From the IMG/VR virus record IMGVR_UViG_2563366806_000004, positions 1 to 44,644 of that record: a stretch of 44,644 nucleotides of DNA, one strand, 5' to 3'. The DNA comes from a virus. Its lineage: Duplodnaviria > Heunggongvirae > Uroviricota > Caudoviricetes. The notes below the pieces were generated by a model. The model was not told the origin of the DNA and searched no databases. It saw nothing but the letters and a program-made list of their open reading frames with translations. Shown here piece by piece: positions 44,210-44,644 of the stretch (the stretch's first letter is position 1; each line of letters begins with the position of its first letter). The position numbers and the translations under genes are program-made.

Positions 44210-44644
44210 ATGAAATATTTGTATGTTGATAATCTGGCGTACCCTTATGCCCTCCAGTCTGTTTACGCTGCAAAAGGCCAATGGCCCGAAGGTAAAGGCG
44301 TGGATATAGACGAAGCTATTTTCAGGGAATATTTCCATGATACGCCGCCTGACGGTAAGTACAGAATTACCGGAGACGATGGAATGCCAGCATGGGCAGA
44401 TGTTCCACCGCCAACACGTGAAGAACAAATTGCATCAGCCGAAACTAAAAAGCAGCAATTGATTAATCAGGCCAACGATTATATGAACAGTAGACAATGG
44501 GTTGGTAAAGCGGCTATTGGTCGTCTGAAAGGTGAGGAACTGGCGCAATATAATTTGTGGCTGGATTATCTGGACGCACTGGAGCTGGTCGATACTTCCA
44601 GTGCACCAGATATTGAATGGCCGGAAGAACCAGACACAATGTAA
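44210..44644 (+). CDS. Tail fibre assembly protein (Tfa-like)
   Basis: 144-aa ORF directly after the tail fibre gene; ends with stop at the window edge. Confidence 0.55.
   Translation: MKYLYVDNLAYPYALQSVYAAKGQWPEGKGVDIDEAIFREYFHDTPPDGKYRITGDDGMPAWADVPPPTREEQIASAETKKQQLINQANDYMNSRQWVGKAAIGRLKGEELAQYNLWLDYLDALELVDTSSAPDIEWPEEPDTM

Larger units (their letters stand above)
1331..44644. mobile_element. Lambdoid prophage, left end (attL) to tail fibre assembly gene; right end and attR lie beyond the window
   Basis: attL core and P' arm followed by int, xis, N, repressor, cro, cII, O, Q, lysis and morphogenesis genes in lambdoid order. Confidence 0.9.

Noticed and set aside
1-44644. Search for tRNA, rRNA or CRISPR arrays
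   Set aside because: No cloverleaf-like candidates, rRNA-like segments or repeat-spacer arrays were recognised by eye; this was not checked with a covariance-model search

Overview
The window is the left ~43 kb of a lambdoid prophage integrated at the lambda attachment site, next to the host gene ybhC (1..1284, minus strand). The attL core GCTTTTTTATACTAA sits at 1331..1345 and is followed by the lambda P' arm and lambda-like int/xis. The prophage runs off the right edge of the window (last gene is a tail fibre assembly protein ending at 44644), so attR is not visible. All protein identities below rest on recognising translated sequence and motifs by eye; no database search was run. The element is a mosaic: some parts are near-identical to lambda (int, xis, kil-like, N with nutL, nutR, cII, NinB/E/H, Q with pR', holin S), while the immunity region, replication genes, recombination genes, endolysin and the whole structural module are not lambda. 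Left to right the order is: early-left accessory genes, SSB, Rad52-like annealing protein, kil-like, N, a CI-like repressor with six 15-bp operators, cro, cII, O-like initiator with iterons, DnaC-like loader, a nin region with rusA, Q, lysis genes, terminase, head genes, and a tail/baseplate module with a tape measure carrying a lytic transglycosylase domain. No single locus can be called a new system from sequence alone. The most interesting accessory loci are: (1) two AT-rich cassettes left of N bracketed by ~40-bp direct repeats; (2) a T5orf172/GIY-YIG-like gene between cII and O; (3) an HNH homing-endonuclease insertion that splits ninF, with a second HNH gene beside it; (4) an antisense two-gene cassette between pR' and the holin; (5) a Rha plus HExxH-protein pair between lysis and terminase; (6) a secreted protein and a Phd/Doc-like toxin-antitoxin pair with a perfect palindromic operator inside the baseplate operon. 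A probable programmed -1 frameshift in the tail assembly chaperone is also present. No rRNA, tRNA or CRISPR array was seen.
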